Shown: positions 12,567 through 25,887 of the stretch, piece after piece | Layout of the letters: each line of letters begins with the position of its first letter | Numbering within the stretch: position 1 is the stretch's first letter | From: Callorhinchus milii | Taxonomy: Eukaryota | Length of the DNA stretch: 64,000 bases | Direction: 5' to 3' | Assembly: GCF_018977255.1 (NCBI RefSeq) | Contig: NW_024704749.1 | Coordinates: 6,634,001 to 6,698,000 of the forward strand | Notes under the pieces: model-generated | What the model was told of the DNA's origin: nothing | The model's input: the letters and a program-made list of their open reading frames with translations, nothing else | Databases searched by the model: none | Made by a program: the position numbers and the translations under genes

Positions 12567-13209
12567 GTAAGTCCTAACTAACCCAGGCACTACCCAATCA
12601 TGTTCGTAATACATCCGTGTCTCTCATACACACACACACACACAAAACACACACAAATATAAACACACGTAAGCATCCTGCAAACATATACACAAACACA
12701 TACATAAATGCATACTGCAAAACCATATACACACACAAATATTTATAACAAAATGTGTGCCCCATCTTCATTACAGGATTAAAGACTTCAATCCTTAAAT
12801 AGAAGAAGCATTGCATGTGTAGTATCCTCCTTTAGTAAATAGACAGACATGTAGGAAGCAGGCTATTGAATATTTATTAAATATTAAATGCACTTCCCTC
12901 TGGAATGGATGGAGTTCGGCAGTACCCACCTGGGGCGCTAGATGGCGCTCCGATCTACAACTTGCTTTGGTCAGGGACGTCTTTGAGGCGTCTCAAAGCG
13001 CTTCACAGAATATACTGTAAAGTGAATTTAACGTAACGCGGCAGCCAATTGTGATAGCCAAAGCTTGAAGGGGAAGGGGGGGAGATGGTGCGTTGTGGTA
13101 CCACTGGGAGTCTTAACCAACCAAAACAGCACAGTTTAGATCAAGTGGATGAACTGAATTTGGAAACGATAATAATAATAACAATAATAATATTTCTCTC
13201 TACCTGCAG

Positions 13210-13337
13210 CGTGTTCAACGCAGCAAATCAAACAGACGTGCTTGAGGAAGAGCCTGATCTGTGCTTTCGCCATAGCGTTTATCATCAGCGTGATGCTCAT
13301 AGCCGCGAATCAAGTGCTGAGAAGCGGAATGAAATAG
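13210..13337 (+). CDS. CABP7: CABP7 coding exon 5 (C-terminal transmembrane tail anchor, stop)
   Basis: tgcag|CG; CSTQQIKQTCLRKSLICAFAIAFIISVMLIAANQVLRSGMK*. Confidence 0.97.
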
Positions 13338-14739
13338 AACCCCCCACCCCCTCACCCACTCCACATCGACCTCAACACAACACACGCACACACACATTGG
13401 AGAGACCGATACTGATGGACACCCACTTTGCATGGTAGTTTCTCTCGTGGTTGTTTTTTTCTGCGTCCTGGGAGGAGATAACCAGCACACACAGGAATAC
13501 AACACAAAAAAAATGTTTTAGCTGCATGATAACGCATGTTTTTTTTATATATATGTAAAAAATACTGGTTCACATGACAACTTTCCATTTGAAGTGAAAA
13601 TCTTACGGACTGTGGAAAAGTGAGGAGCTCGCCAATGTGGAACCAACAATGAGTGAGACGCTATTTGCACAGTTCCTGTGGAAGGGTGGAGGTAGGGGTG
13701 ATGGGGTGATGGGGAGGGTGCATGGAAGAAAAGTAAGACGGTGAGTGAAGAATGATGATGAATGTTGCATTCCCAATTCCTGCGCGGAAAAAAAGCAACC
13801 ACAGTACTCTCCAACCACAACTCCGCTCTTCGGGAAAAGGGGTTAGTTAGAAAACGGATTCTGGAACGCTTTTCTTTGGATCGCGAAACACATGGAGACT
13901 TGGAACACCAAAGTCATCGCTCGTTTAGATGAAAAAAATAACAATCCTTCCATTTAATTTGCAAACCCCCCACTCCCCCCCAAAAAACAAAACTTTCCAC
14001 TGTTGCTATTCCAACTTGAGGCTGTAGAAGATGCAGCCAGTTGGGTAGTTGGTTTTAAAATCCCCCAAATCAAATTGGTCGCTCACTGCAATTTGCAGTG
14101 TATTCTGTAAAAGCGCTTTGAGCGATTGGATTAATATTTCGGATGATAATTTTTTCCCCCACATTGATATGAAAGCCACATTTTCATCCTTGTCATTGAC
14201 TCGGAGTTGGAGTTGGGATGTGAATGACGAGCCTGGTGCTATGAAGTTGGTGTCGAGTTGGGTTTAAACCCCTGTTTCATGTCCCTAGACTAAGACCCGC
14301 CTTTTTAACACTCTTTATTTTTTTAGCGAAGCAAGTTACGAAAGGTTCACGGAGACGAGGAAACATTGTTTTATTAAAATAGCAATAGATATTATATTTT
14401 TGCAATAATTTACTATAGTACCTTTTCTTTGTTTGCGGAAGAGTGAAAGGGTGATAAGCTACAGGGTGATTGGTGGTGATGTCCAGCACTGGGTATTATT
14501 GTCAGTGTTGATGATGTTTGCTATGTGAACTGCAAGGAAAAATTAGAAAAAATCAAACTAGGTTCTTGCAGGTTTCAGAGTGTTATCGACTTCTAAGAAG
14601 GAAAATGAATCTTTTCAATACATTTCAATACACTATATGATACCATGGCTCTTCACCAGGAGATGGTTGGTGATGGAACCATTTAGTTGTAAGCTTTTTG
14701 AGAGTATCTCACATCAGGTTCGTTGGTAATTACTGCAAA

Positions 14740-15030
14740 CCTTCGGATTAGATGTTAAAAATGAGGTCCTGTCTGTGCCCATTCAGGTGCACTTTAAAGA
14801 CTCTATTGAATCTATTCAAAAATCAGAATTGACTTTCTCCTACCTAACAGTCACCCCACATAAAATTGGCTATTTTGGGAGACGTCTCCCAAAATTGCAA
14901 CAAATTGGCTGATGCTTTTGCCAACAAAAACGTGCTCACTGCACTCCACAGTAAATCCTGTGAAGCGCTTTGAGACCTCTTCCTGACATGAAAGGCTTTA
15001 AATCAAATTGCAAGGAATATTAATATTATT
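14740..15030 (+). mobile_element. DeuSINE-like element, decayed
   Basis: Diverged core and CTGTGAAGCGCTTTGAGAC tail. Confidence 0.65.
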
Positions 15031-16380
15031 AATAGATTGAAGACTATTTGGTGGATTTGGTTTGGTGGCCCAGACAGCCAGCGAAGAAGGACAATCATCA
15101 CAGCACGTTTACTGTGGGAATTTTAACACAAAAAAGTAGACTGTTAGACTTGTGATTAAACTTTAAAGATGCTTTACGTATTTCAGCAATAGCATCGTCA
15201 CTGTGCACTAATATCACAGTAAAGTAATGACTATGTGTAAACATTGCCTGAGGTCATTTGTAGCTATGGTATATCAAAGGGTTCTCATTTGTTTTTTCTG
15301 TGATAATGACAAAATCAAAAGTCGTGTGTACATATTTTTGTAACATATAAAATACACATATATATATATATATAATAAAACTCTAGTTAAGGGATACTTC
15401 CCCTAAATTGTGTTCATTCTTCCCTTACATTACCTGGAAGATTCAGAGACGCCTGTCTATAATAGCCCAATGGCATTTACATTAGACTGGCTCTGCACAA
15501 TTTGCCTTGATGAACACAGCCAAAGGCAGTGCAGGAAGCCAGCCTAATGTACCTAATAAATCCACCAAAGTGTTTCACGTGCAATACTATATTTTACATT
15601 TATCTGCATGGAGATATGTAGAATATACTTTAGACAAATGTACATTTCATTTAATATAAACATGTCAGCGTTTACATTCCTATGTACAATTTTGCTGTTG
15701 TGTCACTGTTGTTACAGATTAGGCTATGGACATGATATTTATGATCTGTTGATTTTTCTTTGCATCGATTGGGGCTTACTTGTATTGTTCTGGTCAATGT
15801 ATAGCAACTTTTTAAAAATATATATATGATTGTATCTCTCGGATTATAGTGAAGTTGTCTAAAAGTGTGTCGTATGAGTTTCCCTGCCAGTAGTTAGCTG
15901 AACGTTTATATGAGGAGTTCAGGAAATAATCACCAGCTACAGTCCCTTCCTTGCCTGTGAGGGACCTATTCCCCTCCTCTGTAAATTGATCAAGTGCATC
16001 TTCACTGCAAAACAAAGGCACTATTATTCCCTATTTTTAAGTTCCTTAAGTAAGAATCTATTTACATCCATGTGGCTTTTTGCACATTCCTAAACTTGGG
16101 CTTTAACGCAAATGTTGATTGTTCTGTGTTAATGGTTCATATAAGTCCGTGCTTTAACCCAGTGGTGTGTCTCGTGAACCATAATTCGCCAAGCGAAACA
16201 TAATGCACCACTTTACCTGCGGTCAGTGAACCAGCGATGGACTTAGCTGTTAGGCCACTTGCTCAGGGCAGCTCGGTCCCATTACGCAGTGAGGAACTTG
16301 GATGATTGGAAAGGGTTACAGAGGCAGCTGATGCCCTCTGCTTGTCATGTGAACTGGAAGCCAAGCCAATGTCAATGCGG

Positions 16381-16680
16381 TCACGTTCGATTCCAAAACG
16401 CAGGGCAGGGCGAAACCTTAAGCAAATTTCCTTACTTCTTACACACCTCTGTTTACCAAGGAGTAAGTAGAAACCCAGTTGTTAGTCGATTGGCAGATCG
16501 CTTTCCTGAGGTAATAATCTCTCAAAAAAATTTGGTCACTCGATCCAAGACTGTTTGTTGTGTGCAATCAGCTGCCAAGTTTCACCCACAAAATACAGTT
16601 AATCCACTTTACAATATATTCTGTGAAGTGCTTTGAGACGTCTCAATGACGTGATATCAAAATGAAAGCTTTATTATTAT
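16381..16680 (+). mobile_element. SINE, same family
   Basis: B-box GTTCGATTCC, GGGCGAAACCTT, core and tail. Confidence 0.75.
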
Positions 16681-17767
16681 AAATCCATCCTTTAACCAGG
16701 TGTCTGATAAACACATTGGTATTGAAGAGGATAGAACAAGGGAAAACCATCTTCATGTTTTTACCCGGTCTCATTTGATGTAAGTCAATTGAGGTTTCTT
16801 CATCTGTCAGCGTGGTTTTGAAGTTGGTTAGGAAAGGGGACCTCCCACTGCATGGACTGGATCTCACCTGACCTTGCCAAAGGCTTTGATAGTTCTGTCT
16901 CGTTGGCTGGGTGCTTAAATCAGCCGAGAGTTTCAGGCAGAGATTAACTGGGACTCCCTGTGGCTGAGGTTCATCTTTGATCAAGTGGCCACAAGTCAAA
17001 TCGTCTGTAAAAGAGCATCGCAAAACTGTACAGAGTTTTACTATGCAAAGATGGTATATTTCACATGGGAAATGTCTTGAAAGGGCTCTGCATTATTACT
17101 TGCCTGAATCAATAAAGGGTCAAGTGTAACAGATTTTTTTTATGTTGCTGAAGTGATGGATGAATATATTATGGCTTTGAACAAGAGTGTAATTTTTCTA
17201 AATTTGTAAAAGTTATATTTTTTAAAGAAATTGTATTCTTTTTGTTGGTCTTTTATGAGGAGGGCTTTACCGTGTGTGTAAAAAAATATATATAAGGAAT
17301 AAAACGTTTCTTTTTTTTTTTTTACGAATCCCAGGTCCTGGAGTCACCCCTGTGCAGTGTGTGGTGTGAGAAACGCGTGAATAGGGACATAGCAGAAAGC
17401 GCATGTGATCAACTCGCCCAGTCCTGTAAGCAAGGGAGGGGGAGGTGAGGCCAAAAGGAGATTTGCTGCCTATTTGCTTCTACTGAGTTAAGTGGTTGAA
17501 TAGGATTTTTATTAACAAAAGGAAATCAGAGGACAATGGGACACAGACCTGTATCGCCAACCTTTTTAAATAAAGGGCACTCGTGATGAGCCAGCCTTAT
17601 TGTCACAAGTATTTTAGAGGTTGGGATTGACACTGCATTGTGCTATTGACATAAGCAGTGCATGTCTCAGCGTGAGACTGGGGCCAAGAGTGCAATACGA
17701 CGGCAACACTTCGTGGTATTTTAAGGAATTGAAACACGACGCACAAAATATTGGAAACATTTGACTT

Positions 17768-18131
17768 GTGGTGTCCTGGAGCGTATTGGTTAGGTCACTC
17801 GCCCCGCAAGCGAGAGGACCCGGGTTCAATTCCCGGGCAGGGCAAAACCTTAGGCAAGTTTCCTTACTTCTCTGTTTCCCCGGTTGCTAGTCGATTGGCT
17901 GATTACTTTCCAGGAGTAATAATCCCTTCAAAGAATAAATAAAATTCTATAAAAATAATATGATCACTCAAACCACAACTATTTGTGGGACACTGCTGTG
18001 CGCAATTGACTGCCACATTCTGCCCACAAATATATGCTAAATTCACTTTACAGTATATTCTGTGAAGTGCTTTGAGACATCTCAATGGTGTGATGCAGCA
18101 CTCTATCAAATGCAGGGATTAGTATTATTAC
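17768..18131 (+). mobile_element. SINE, near full length
   Basis: tRNA head, core and ATCAAATGCAGGGATTAGTATTATT tail. Confidence 0.85.
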
Positions 18132-19294
18132 AAAGCTTTCAGATATCAGAATATATATATGTATATTTATATAGAAAGAGGAAAAATTGAGTTGTTTGAC
18201 TTTAAACAAAACCTAAGAGACCAAGAAAAAGATCATTACTCTTTAACTTGTTATGCATTGTGTCAAAAGTCCTGATATTCAATTTATTTATGATATAGTC
18301 AGAACTGATTTGTAAGCTGCTTTTAGTGCATGAACTTATATTTTTTTTGAATAAATGATTTGCTATACCGAACAAATAATTTTAGGTTCAATTTTTTTTA
18401 CTCAATACGTTCAACATTTCAAAGTTTGGTATAAGAGAATTGTTATAATAAAAAGGAGAATTCTTTAATGGAATCTTGTATTCTTTTACATCAAGTTCAC
18501 TTCAATGTTTTGGGGTGTACAAAAATTTCACAAATGTATAATGATTGCACCCCTGGAACAGTGCACTTCGAAACAGCTAAAATCCTTTTCACCTCCCTCT
18601 CGACCTTAATCACAATTCACCCATGAACTACAGTCAATTCACTTTACAATATATCCTGTGAAGTGCTTTGAGATGTCTCAGCAACATGGTAAGCCGCTCT
18701 AGCAAATGCAAGGATTATTATAGAATCAAGAAGCTGAAAGTTTGCCTGCAAAATACAGTCAATACATGACAATGTATGCATCTGCATGATTCACCTTGAT
18801 CGGTAACATGTTTTGTAAAGACAGCTGACCGGTAATCACTAGATCACAAGAGGTTTGGATGAAGAAGGCCATTCGGCCCATTTGGTCTCTTCCTTCCAGA
18901 ATACCTGCTCCTACCTCATCCCATTGCTCATTGCACAATCTGGCTGTTTCTGAAATGAGCCTCAACTCAAGTTCCACAGAACCACATCATGGAAGGGAAT
19001 GGTAACTAAATGCAATCGTTAATGCATTGCGTCTGTGCAAGAATGGAACCCAGCCAGTCACCGTAGAATTTGTCCTTCATGCCCTGTTCTCTGCACACCA
19101 TCAGGGCATTGTGAAGTGCGAATGTGGCAGCCACGCCAGATCAATTTCCTTTGAAATGTGAGCCGGAGAGCGGGCTGGCTTTGTCAGCGGGTGAACAAAA
19201 AGTGCTATGAGGTATGAAAATACTTTGGACCTAATTCGACAAATGATTACTGTGAGCGGGGTTGCTCTCTACAAGACAGGACAGTTTCATGGGA

Positions 19295-21285
19295 ACAACA
19301 ACAACAAGATTCCATTTATAAAGCGCCTTTCACGTCAGGAGGACGTCCCAAGGCTGCACAGTTAGGTCAGGACCCGAGCAGGGGGGAAATGGTCAGGGTG
19401 AGGGGAGGGAAGGGAGGGAGCGAGGAGGGGGAAATGGTCAGGGTGAGGGGAGGGAAGGGAGGGAGCGAGGAGGGGGGAAATGGTCAGGGTGAGGGGAGGG
19501 AAGGGAGGGAGCGAGGAGGGGGTAAATGGTCAGGGTGAGGGGAGGGAAGGGAGGGAGCGAGGAGGGGGAAGAGAATCGAGAGGGGAGCTGAAGGCTCGGT
19601 CAAAGAGAAAGGTTTTGAGACCGGCCTTGAAGGAGGAGAGGGAGGAAGCGGCGAAGGCACTGGGGGATGGAGTTCCAGAGCCTGGGGCTGAGAGGCTGAA
19701 GGCCCGACCACCGATGGTAGGGCGATTGGGGCGGGGGACGTGGAGCAGACCGGAGCCGGAGGAACGGAGGGTACGGGCAGGTAGGTAGGGGGATAGTAGG
19801 TCAGAGAGGTAGGAGGGAGCAAGGCCGTGAATGGCCTTGTAGGTGAGGATGAGGATCTTGAAATCAATCCTCTGGGGGATGGGGAGCCAGTGGAGGCGAG
19901 CGAGGGTGGGAGTGATGTGGTCGCGAAGCCTGGTGCGGGACAGTACACGAGCTGCAGAGTTCTGAATGACCTGCAGCTTGTGGAGGGAGGTGGCGGGAAG
20001 GCCGGCGAGGAGAGAGTTCCCATAGTCCAGCCTTGAGGTGACAAAGGCGTGGACCAGGGTTTCAGCAGCGTGAGGGGTGAGGTAGTGCCGTAGTCTGGCG
20101 ATGTTCCGGAGGTGATGGAAGGCGGTGCCAGTTGTGGTGCGGATGTGAGGGAGAAAGGACAGCTCAGGGTCGAACAAAACGCCGAGGTTCCTGACTGGCT
20201 TTGAGAGGTGGAGAGTGCAGCCTTGGATGCTGATGGTGTCAGCGCCTGAGGTGCGGAGGCGCTGACGTGAGCCAATCAGGAGGGCCTCGGTTTTTCGCAC
20301 GTTGAGCTGAAGAAAGTTGTCTCTCGTCCAAGACTCGATGTCGGACAGGCAGCTGTCAGGACATCGGTGGTCGTGGAGTTGAGAGTAGAGGAGGAAAGGT
20401 AGAGTTGGGTGTCATCCGCATACATGTGGAAGTTAACTCCATGTCTGCGGATGATGTCACCAAGGGGGAGCATATAGAGGGTGAAGAGGAGGGGACCGAG
20501 GACAGAGCCCTGAGGGACACCACATGAGACAGTGCGGGGGTGGAGGAGAAGCCATTTGTGAGACAAAGTGAAGACGGTGAGAAAGGTACGACCTAAACCA
20601 CTCAAGGACAGTGCCTTGAAGGTTGAGGTGGAAGGACAAGCGGTGGAGTAGGATAGCGTGGTCGACCGTATCGAATGCTGCCGATAGGTCGAGCAGGCAG
20701 AGGGAGCCCTGGTCACAAATGGTCAGGATATCATTGGTAACCTTGACCAGGGCAGTTTCTGTGCTATGGGCAGCACGGAAACCTGACTGAAGGGGTTCGA
20801 AAAGTGAATGGGTGGAAAGGAAAGAGCGCAGTTGGGAGGCGACAACTCTTTCCAGGACCTTGGAGAGAAAGGGGAGGTTGGAGATGGGCCGGTAGCTTGA
20901 TAGCTGCGACGCATCAAGGGAGGGTTTTTTCAGGGTGGGCGTGATGGTGGCAGTTTTTAAGGGAATGGGGACAGAGCCAGAGGAGAGGGACAGGTTGACG
21001 ATGTCGGTGATATGTGGGGCAAGAAAGTGGAGCTGGGAGATAAGGAGTGGAGTGGGGATGGGGTCAAGGGAGCAGGTGGTTGGTTTCAGGGATAGGATGA
21101 GTTTGGTGACAGAGGGTGGGGAAACGGGTACAAAAGTGAGTAGGGGAGGATGGGTAGCAGTCGGAGTGTGGGAGTGAGGGGGTGGGGGGTTGGTGGATGT
21201 TGGAGGGGAAGTGACCGCGGAGCGAATTCCCTTGATCTTGGATTCAAGGAAATCCAGCATCTCCTCGCAGTGAAGGAAGGCTGGT
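19295..21285 (-). mobile_element. 5'-truncated L2-clade LINE with frameshifted reverse transcriptase
   Basis: Overlapping minus-strand ORFs: [79 protein letters not shown]; 3' tail ending in (TTG)n. Confidence 0.95.
19381..19568. repeat. Tandem repeat, about 45-46 bp x4, in the L2 3' region
   Basis: Unit GGGGGAAATGGTCAGGGTGAGGGGAGGGAAGGGAGGGAGCGAGGA, repeated four times almost perfectly. Confidence 0.92.
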
Positions 21286-21699
21286 CTTTTAAGATAAGTT
21301 TCACTCCACATTTCAATGTCTAGATTTAATTAATGCCTGACACTTGAGGGGATAACAGACACAGGCTGAATTGGTTCTATCATTAAAAGCTCCTTCAAAA
21401 AACCTCAAGAAGTGATTCTATTCAGGTTCCTAAGAATAATCGGAACAGGAGAAGAAATGAGATGATGGATGGAGAGGCTGTACAATCAATAATGATTTTG
21501 AACTTGGAATCTTTTTTAAAAAATGTTTCTTCGGTTAAAAGGACAAGAATGATTGATTTGTTCAACGTGCAGTTACACAAAGGTATTTGAAAGGTAATGT
21601 TTAATTCTCACCTGAAAACCTTACAATTCATTTCAGATGTGTTCTAGATATATTTTTTTAAAAATCGAAATTGTTAAGCCTATCCATGTATCAATCTGG

Positions 21700-22110
21700 T
21701 GACAACCTGCCTCAGTAGCACTCATGCCTCTGAGTCAGAAAGTCACAGGTTTAAGCCTCACGAGGGAGCTTTTGAGTTCAAAATCCAGGCCGATGCTCCA
21801 TTACAGTAGTGGGAGAGCTCTGCATTGCCCAAGGTGCCGTCCTTCAGATGAGACGTTAAACTGAAGTCCTCGTCTGTGCCTGTTCAGGTAGACAAAAAAT
21901 ATCCCGTGGCACCATTGGAAAAGAGAAGGGAGTTTCTCCTGATGTTGCCAGCCAACAATCGCCCCAGAAAAAAATTGGGCATTCCTTTGTGGCTGTTTGT
22001 GGAGCACTGCTGTTTGTAAAGTGTTTGTGTACAAAAGACAGTCACTACACTTTACAGTAAATCCTGTGAAGCAAGTTACATTTGTATAGCGCTTTTCACG
22101 TCAGGAGGAT
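21700..22110 (+). mobile_element. DeuSINE-like element with longer 5' part
   Basis: GCCTCTGAGTCAGAAAGT..GGTTTAAGCC head, GAGACGTTAAAC segment and core. Confidence 0.7.
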
Positions 22111-22576
22111 CAATTGGGCTGGAGTTTCGATCATGTGAGAAGGCACTATAAATTATAAAGTAGAATCGTTCTGCAAGTAATTTCTTCCTGCAATGACATT
22201 GAGTAACAAGGACCAGACACAGCGTGAGACAAGTTACCTTTCTTCAAGGGCTGCAGTTTCACGTTGATTTAATCAAGACATTCATGCATTGTCATGATCT
22301 CCTTGAACACAGCACCTGAATGAATAAAATTGTTCACCGAAGATCTCTGGCTAAGATCGCTTTGTTTAATTCTCGTTTTCCGTAATTACATTCAAGCTGT
22401 ACTGCTTGCAGAGCGGAAATTCCCAAAGAACTGTGCATAGTGTATAAATACAATAACAATTATATTTAGAACATTTAAACAATTACTGACATGCCTGCAT
22501 TTACATAGTGCCCTTCATGTAGGATAATGTCTTGGAATGCTGTACTATGCTGTAAAATTCCTTAAACTTAAAAGTA

Positions 22577-22718
22577 TTAACCCCACTCAATATTCAGCGG
22601 CATTTTCCAGCCTCCAGGGGGCGGAGGATGGAGAGAAGGAGGCAGTTCGTGAAGTGGAGGAAATCCTGGAGGCCGCCAGTACATAACGTCAGGGCTGGCT
22701 TTTTCCATCTCTGAATCG
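22577..22718 (-). CDS. ZMAT5: ZMAT5 coding exon 5 (stop)
   Basis: gcag|C; ...YWRPPGFPPLHELPPSLHPPPPGGWKMPLNIEWG*, matching the conserved ELPPSL..PPPGGW..WG end. Confidence 0.93.
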
Positions 22719-23820
22719 CTGCAAGACGGGAAGAAGAAATTTAACATTGAGCTAAAGTCGCCATTGCTGTGAAACGTAAAACAAGTACTTGCCTTTGCAT
22801 TCGATCATACAGACTGGACAGGCCATTGGATGGCCCTGGGCTTTTGCACAAACAATGCCTCAGTCAACGTTCACTTCCCACCAATTAATAGCAATAATGT
22901 GGCTTGGGAGCACATCAGACCTTGTTGTTATTATTGCAGTGACTAGGTGAGGGGAAATATACAGGCGAGCATAACAAACATTAAATAACATTGCTAGGTT
23001 TGGCTCAAGCACTCAATACGTAAATTCTGTCATGCAATAATAATAATCATAATCCTTACATTTATTATCAAGTTTGATTATTAGTTTGTTACCTAAATAG
23101 TGTTTTTTCAGTATTTTTGTAAATTATTTCAGTATTTTAATAAGGTATTTCAGTAATTTTGTTACTGGCTTTATAATATTGATTCTTGTTTCAGAATCAA
23201 GTCCACCCACCAATCTTGGGCATTTTTTAATGTTTTTAATATCGAGTTTGGAAATGAAAAAAAATGAACAGCTTGGGGATTTTTTTAAAAAAGAAATGTA
23301 CTTGGGAATTAACACCAAAAAAAAATCAATAGAATTGTTGGTTTTATTCGTAAATGTCAAAATGAATTTGCGGGCAAATGGTGTGCTTGAGAATAGGGTG
23401 GAAGCAAATGTATTCTCTTCAGCCAGCTAAAAATAATCCCAACAAAACACTTCACTCTGGCAGCCAGGTTACAAAAGCATCAGGGCATATCTTAGTCACC
23501 GCACTGCGTCCAGCCAGACCCACACTGAATGTGGCCATTAGGTGCACAAAACAGTATGCGTCATACCTGACCTATGAAGACTTTCTGTTACAGAATAAAA
23601 ACTAGAAAGGTGTCCCCTCTACCTCACTGCTGTCAGTTCTCCCTTCGTTAACCCCCCGAAAAACTATGAATACAAATAGCTCTACTGCATTATAAAGCTA
23701 CATAGATTATTTAGAAATAGGTTATTTAGAATTATTATTTAAAATATTATTTAGAAATTCAATGAATCGTAGAGTTGATACAAGTAATGTGACCCTATCA
23801 ACTATACTTTGCTTTGATTA

Positions 23821-23994
23821 CAGTAAAGCTCACATAAGTCTGATCTGTCTAAATCGTATAAATCCTAAGTCATACATCTGCCCAAGTCCCGTTTAAGAAT
23901 TTATATTCTATGCCAGTTTGAAATAATTCATACTTTGCATAAGTCATATTAAATGTATAGTCCCGACTGATCTTTATGTATGTGAGGTTTACTG
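23821..23994. mobile_element. 174-bp MITE with terminal inverted repeats and TA target duplication (Tc1/mariner or Tigger-like)
   Basis: TA|CAGTAAAGCTCACATA ... TATGTGAGGTTTACTG|TA. Confidence 0.8.
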
Positions 23995-24140
23995 TACATG
24001 AATTTTAAACCTGTTCATTATTTGACTGGCACATTTTACTTTTAAAAAAGCAATGCGAGAGAATTTATCAAGGGTATCAAACACTAACATGAAGGAATAC
24101 AGAATAAAGTATTAAGCTTATAGTTACGGGACTCAATTAC

Positions 24141-24237
24141 CTGCCGTGTGAACGGTTTTGTTTCCTTCTGTTCCTCTTTTCCAACCACTCATCAATATTA
24201 GGAGCCTGGCAGACAGGGTCTTCCGATTTAGTCTCTT
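24141..24237 (-). CDS. ZMAT5: ZMAT5 coding exon 4
   Basis: gcag|AA; ETKSEDPVCQAPNIDEWLEKRNRRKQNRSHG (conserved WLEKR); donor gtaatt. Confidence 0.88.
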
Positions 24238-24809
24238 CTGCAGCAAATATTAATTTCAAACAAGGTTAATAGAATCAATGGCAAAACATTTGAAATACAC
24301 TGTAATAGTTTATTACACACAGGACAGGGTAGGAAAATTATCAATATTCCTCACCCTGTACTATTTTTACAAAGAAAATATTACTGATGCCATACTGTAC
24401 TTTATTTTAACATATGCTAACAATACAAGCCTGAAAGTGAAGCATTGTTAGGAATCCAATGGAAAGTATCCAACTTTGAACCGTTTAGTAAATTGCACAT
24501 TTACAAAATGATTACGGTGCTCAATCTATGACTGTTTGTGGTACACTGCTGTGCGCATTTGGCTGCCGCGTTTCGCCCACAGAATATATAGTCAATTCAC
24601 TTTACGGTTTATTCTGTGAAGCGCTTTGAGACATCTCAATGACAAAAGGCACTGTATCAAATACAAGGATTCTTCTTATTATATATAACAGAATTTTCCA
24701 AAAAGTTTCACCTCTACTCTTTCTATACATTTCTTTGTGTGCTTCCCTCTCTCGTTTCCATACAATAAGTTTCTGTACTTAAGTTTCTGTACCCATCACA
24801 CAGAGGATA

Positions 24810-25195
24810 CAGTTCAAGATCCTGATCCTCACCTTCAAAGCCCTCCATGGTCTTGCAGCCCCCTACCTCTGCAACCTTCTAACCCCCTGCCACCCTGCTC
24901 ACTCCCTCCCCTCAGCGGGCTCCGGCCTGCTTTACATCCCCCACCTCGCTCGCCCCACTATTGGTGGGCAGGCCGTGTGCCACTCTGCCCCCACCCTCTG
25001 AAACTCCATCCCACAGTCCCTCAACCTCGCCTCCTCCTCTGCCTCCTTCATGACCCTCCTCTTTGACCGTGCTTTCGATCACCCTGCTTCCCCCCTGCCC
25101 TCCACCCTCAGGTCCGAAACTCTGTCTGTCCAGCACCTTGGGACATCCTCCCGAAATGAAAGGCACTATACAAATGTAACTTTGTTGTTGTTGTA
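24810..25195 (+). mobile_element. L2 3' fragment
   Basis: Decayed end of the RT ORF (FKILILTFKALHGLA..YL) plus 3' tail. Confidence 0.82.
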
Positions 25196-25635
25196 CTATA
25201 ATTAGCTGAAATAGCCAGCTCCCTGCATGGCTTCTCAGTCTCTCTCCCCCTCTTGCTTTTCCCATTTGTGCTTTCAGAGTTTCTTTTTCAAGAATCCTCA
25301 GAACCCAATCCAAAATTAACTGCAATAAAGCCTATTCTCATGCTAAATGCACAAAATCCTTGCCGACATCAAATTATTCCTTCAAAAGCGAAACCTGTAG
25401 GTATGGAAGTAGTACATTTTGTCTAGACTTTACTGCAAAGCAGTAAAGACCTGAAAAAAGCAATAGCTTCGCCATCTGGGAGAGTTAATGAAAATGAGAC
25501 GTTCTTGTAGCTCTAAAGCATAGTTCGAAGACTGGATTGTACACTTCACATCTCATGATAACTATCATCAAGTGCCTTATTTTTCCATTAACTAAAACAC
25601 TTTTATTCACATCTATTTGATTTGCCGGCACATAC

Positions 25636-25716
25636 CATCCACTTTCCGTCTCAGCCTTTGAACATCCTCATCGGTCATATGGGAAAATTTGCAGCTTGCA
25701 CCAAAATCGCATTGGC
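25636..25716 (-). CDS. ZMAT5: ZMAT5 coding exon 3 (CCCH finger)
   Basis: tag|GC; QCDFGASCKFSHMTDEDVQRLRRKVD; donor gtatg. Confidence 0.94.
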
Positions 25717-25824
25717 CTACGGAAATGATTGTTGAAGACATGTCACTAACAAGGCATGAAGGATAAAAGCGTGGAACATTTCAAAAGTTTCAAAAGCCCT
25801 AGCTTTTAGTATTTCTTCACTTAC

Positions 25825-25887
25825 CCGATTGCAGAAACTTTCTGCATGGCTTTTTGGTAAGTTCTTCTGCTAGGATTGTAGCAGTAT
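25825..25887 (-). CDS. ZMAT5: ZMAT5 coding exon 2
   Basis: cag|AT; DTATILAEELTKKPCRKFLQSG; donor gtaag. Confidence 0.94.

Noticed and set aside
19381-19568. CRISPR-like array
   Set aside because: Contiguous tandem units without unique spacers, in a vertebrate LINE context
19484-21311. Novel reverse-transcriptase system or host gene
   Set aside because: Ordinary frameshifted, 5'-truncated L2 LINE with a typical 3' tail
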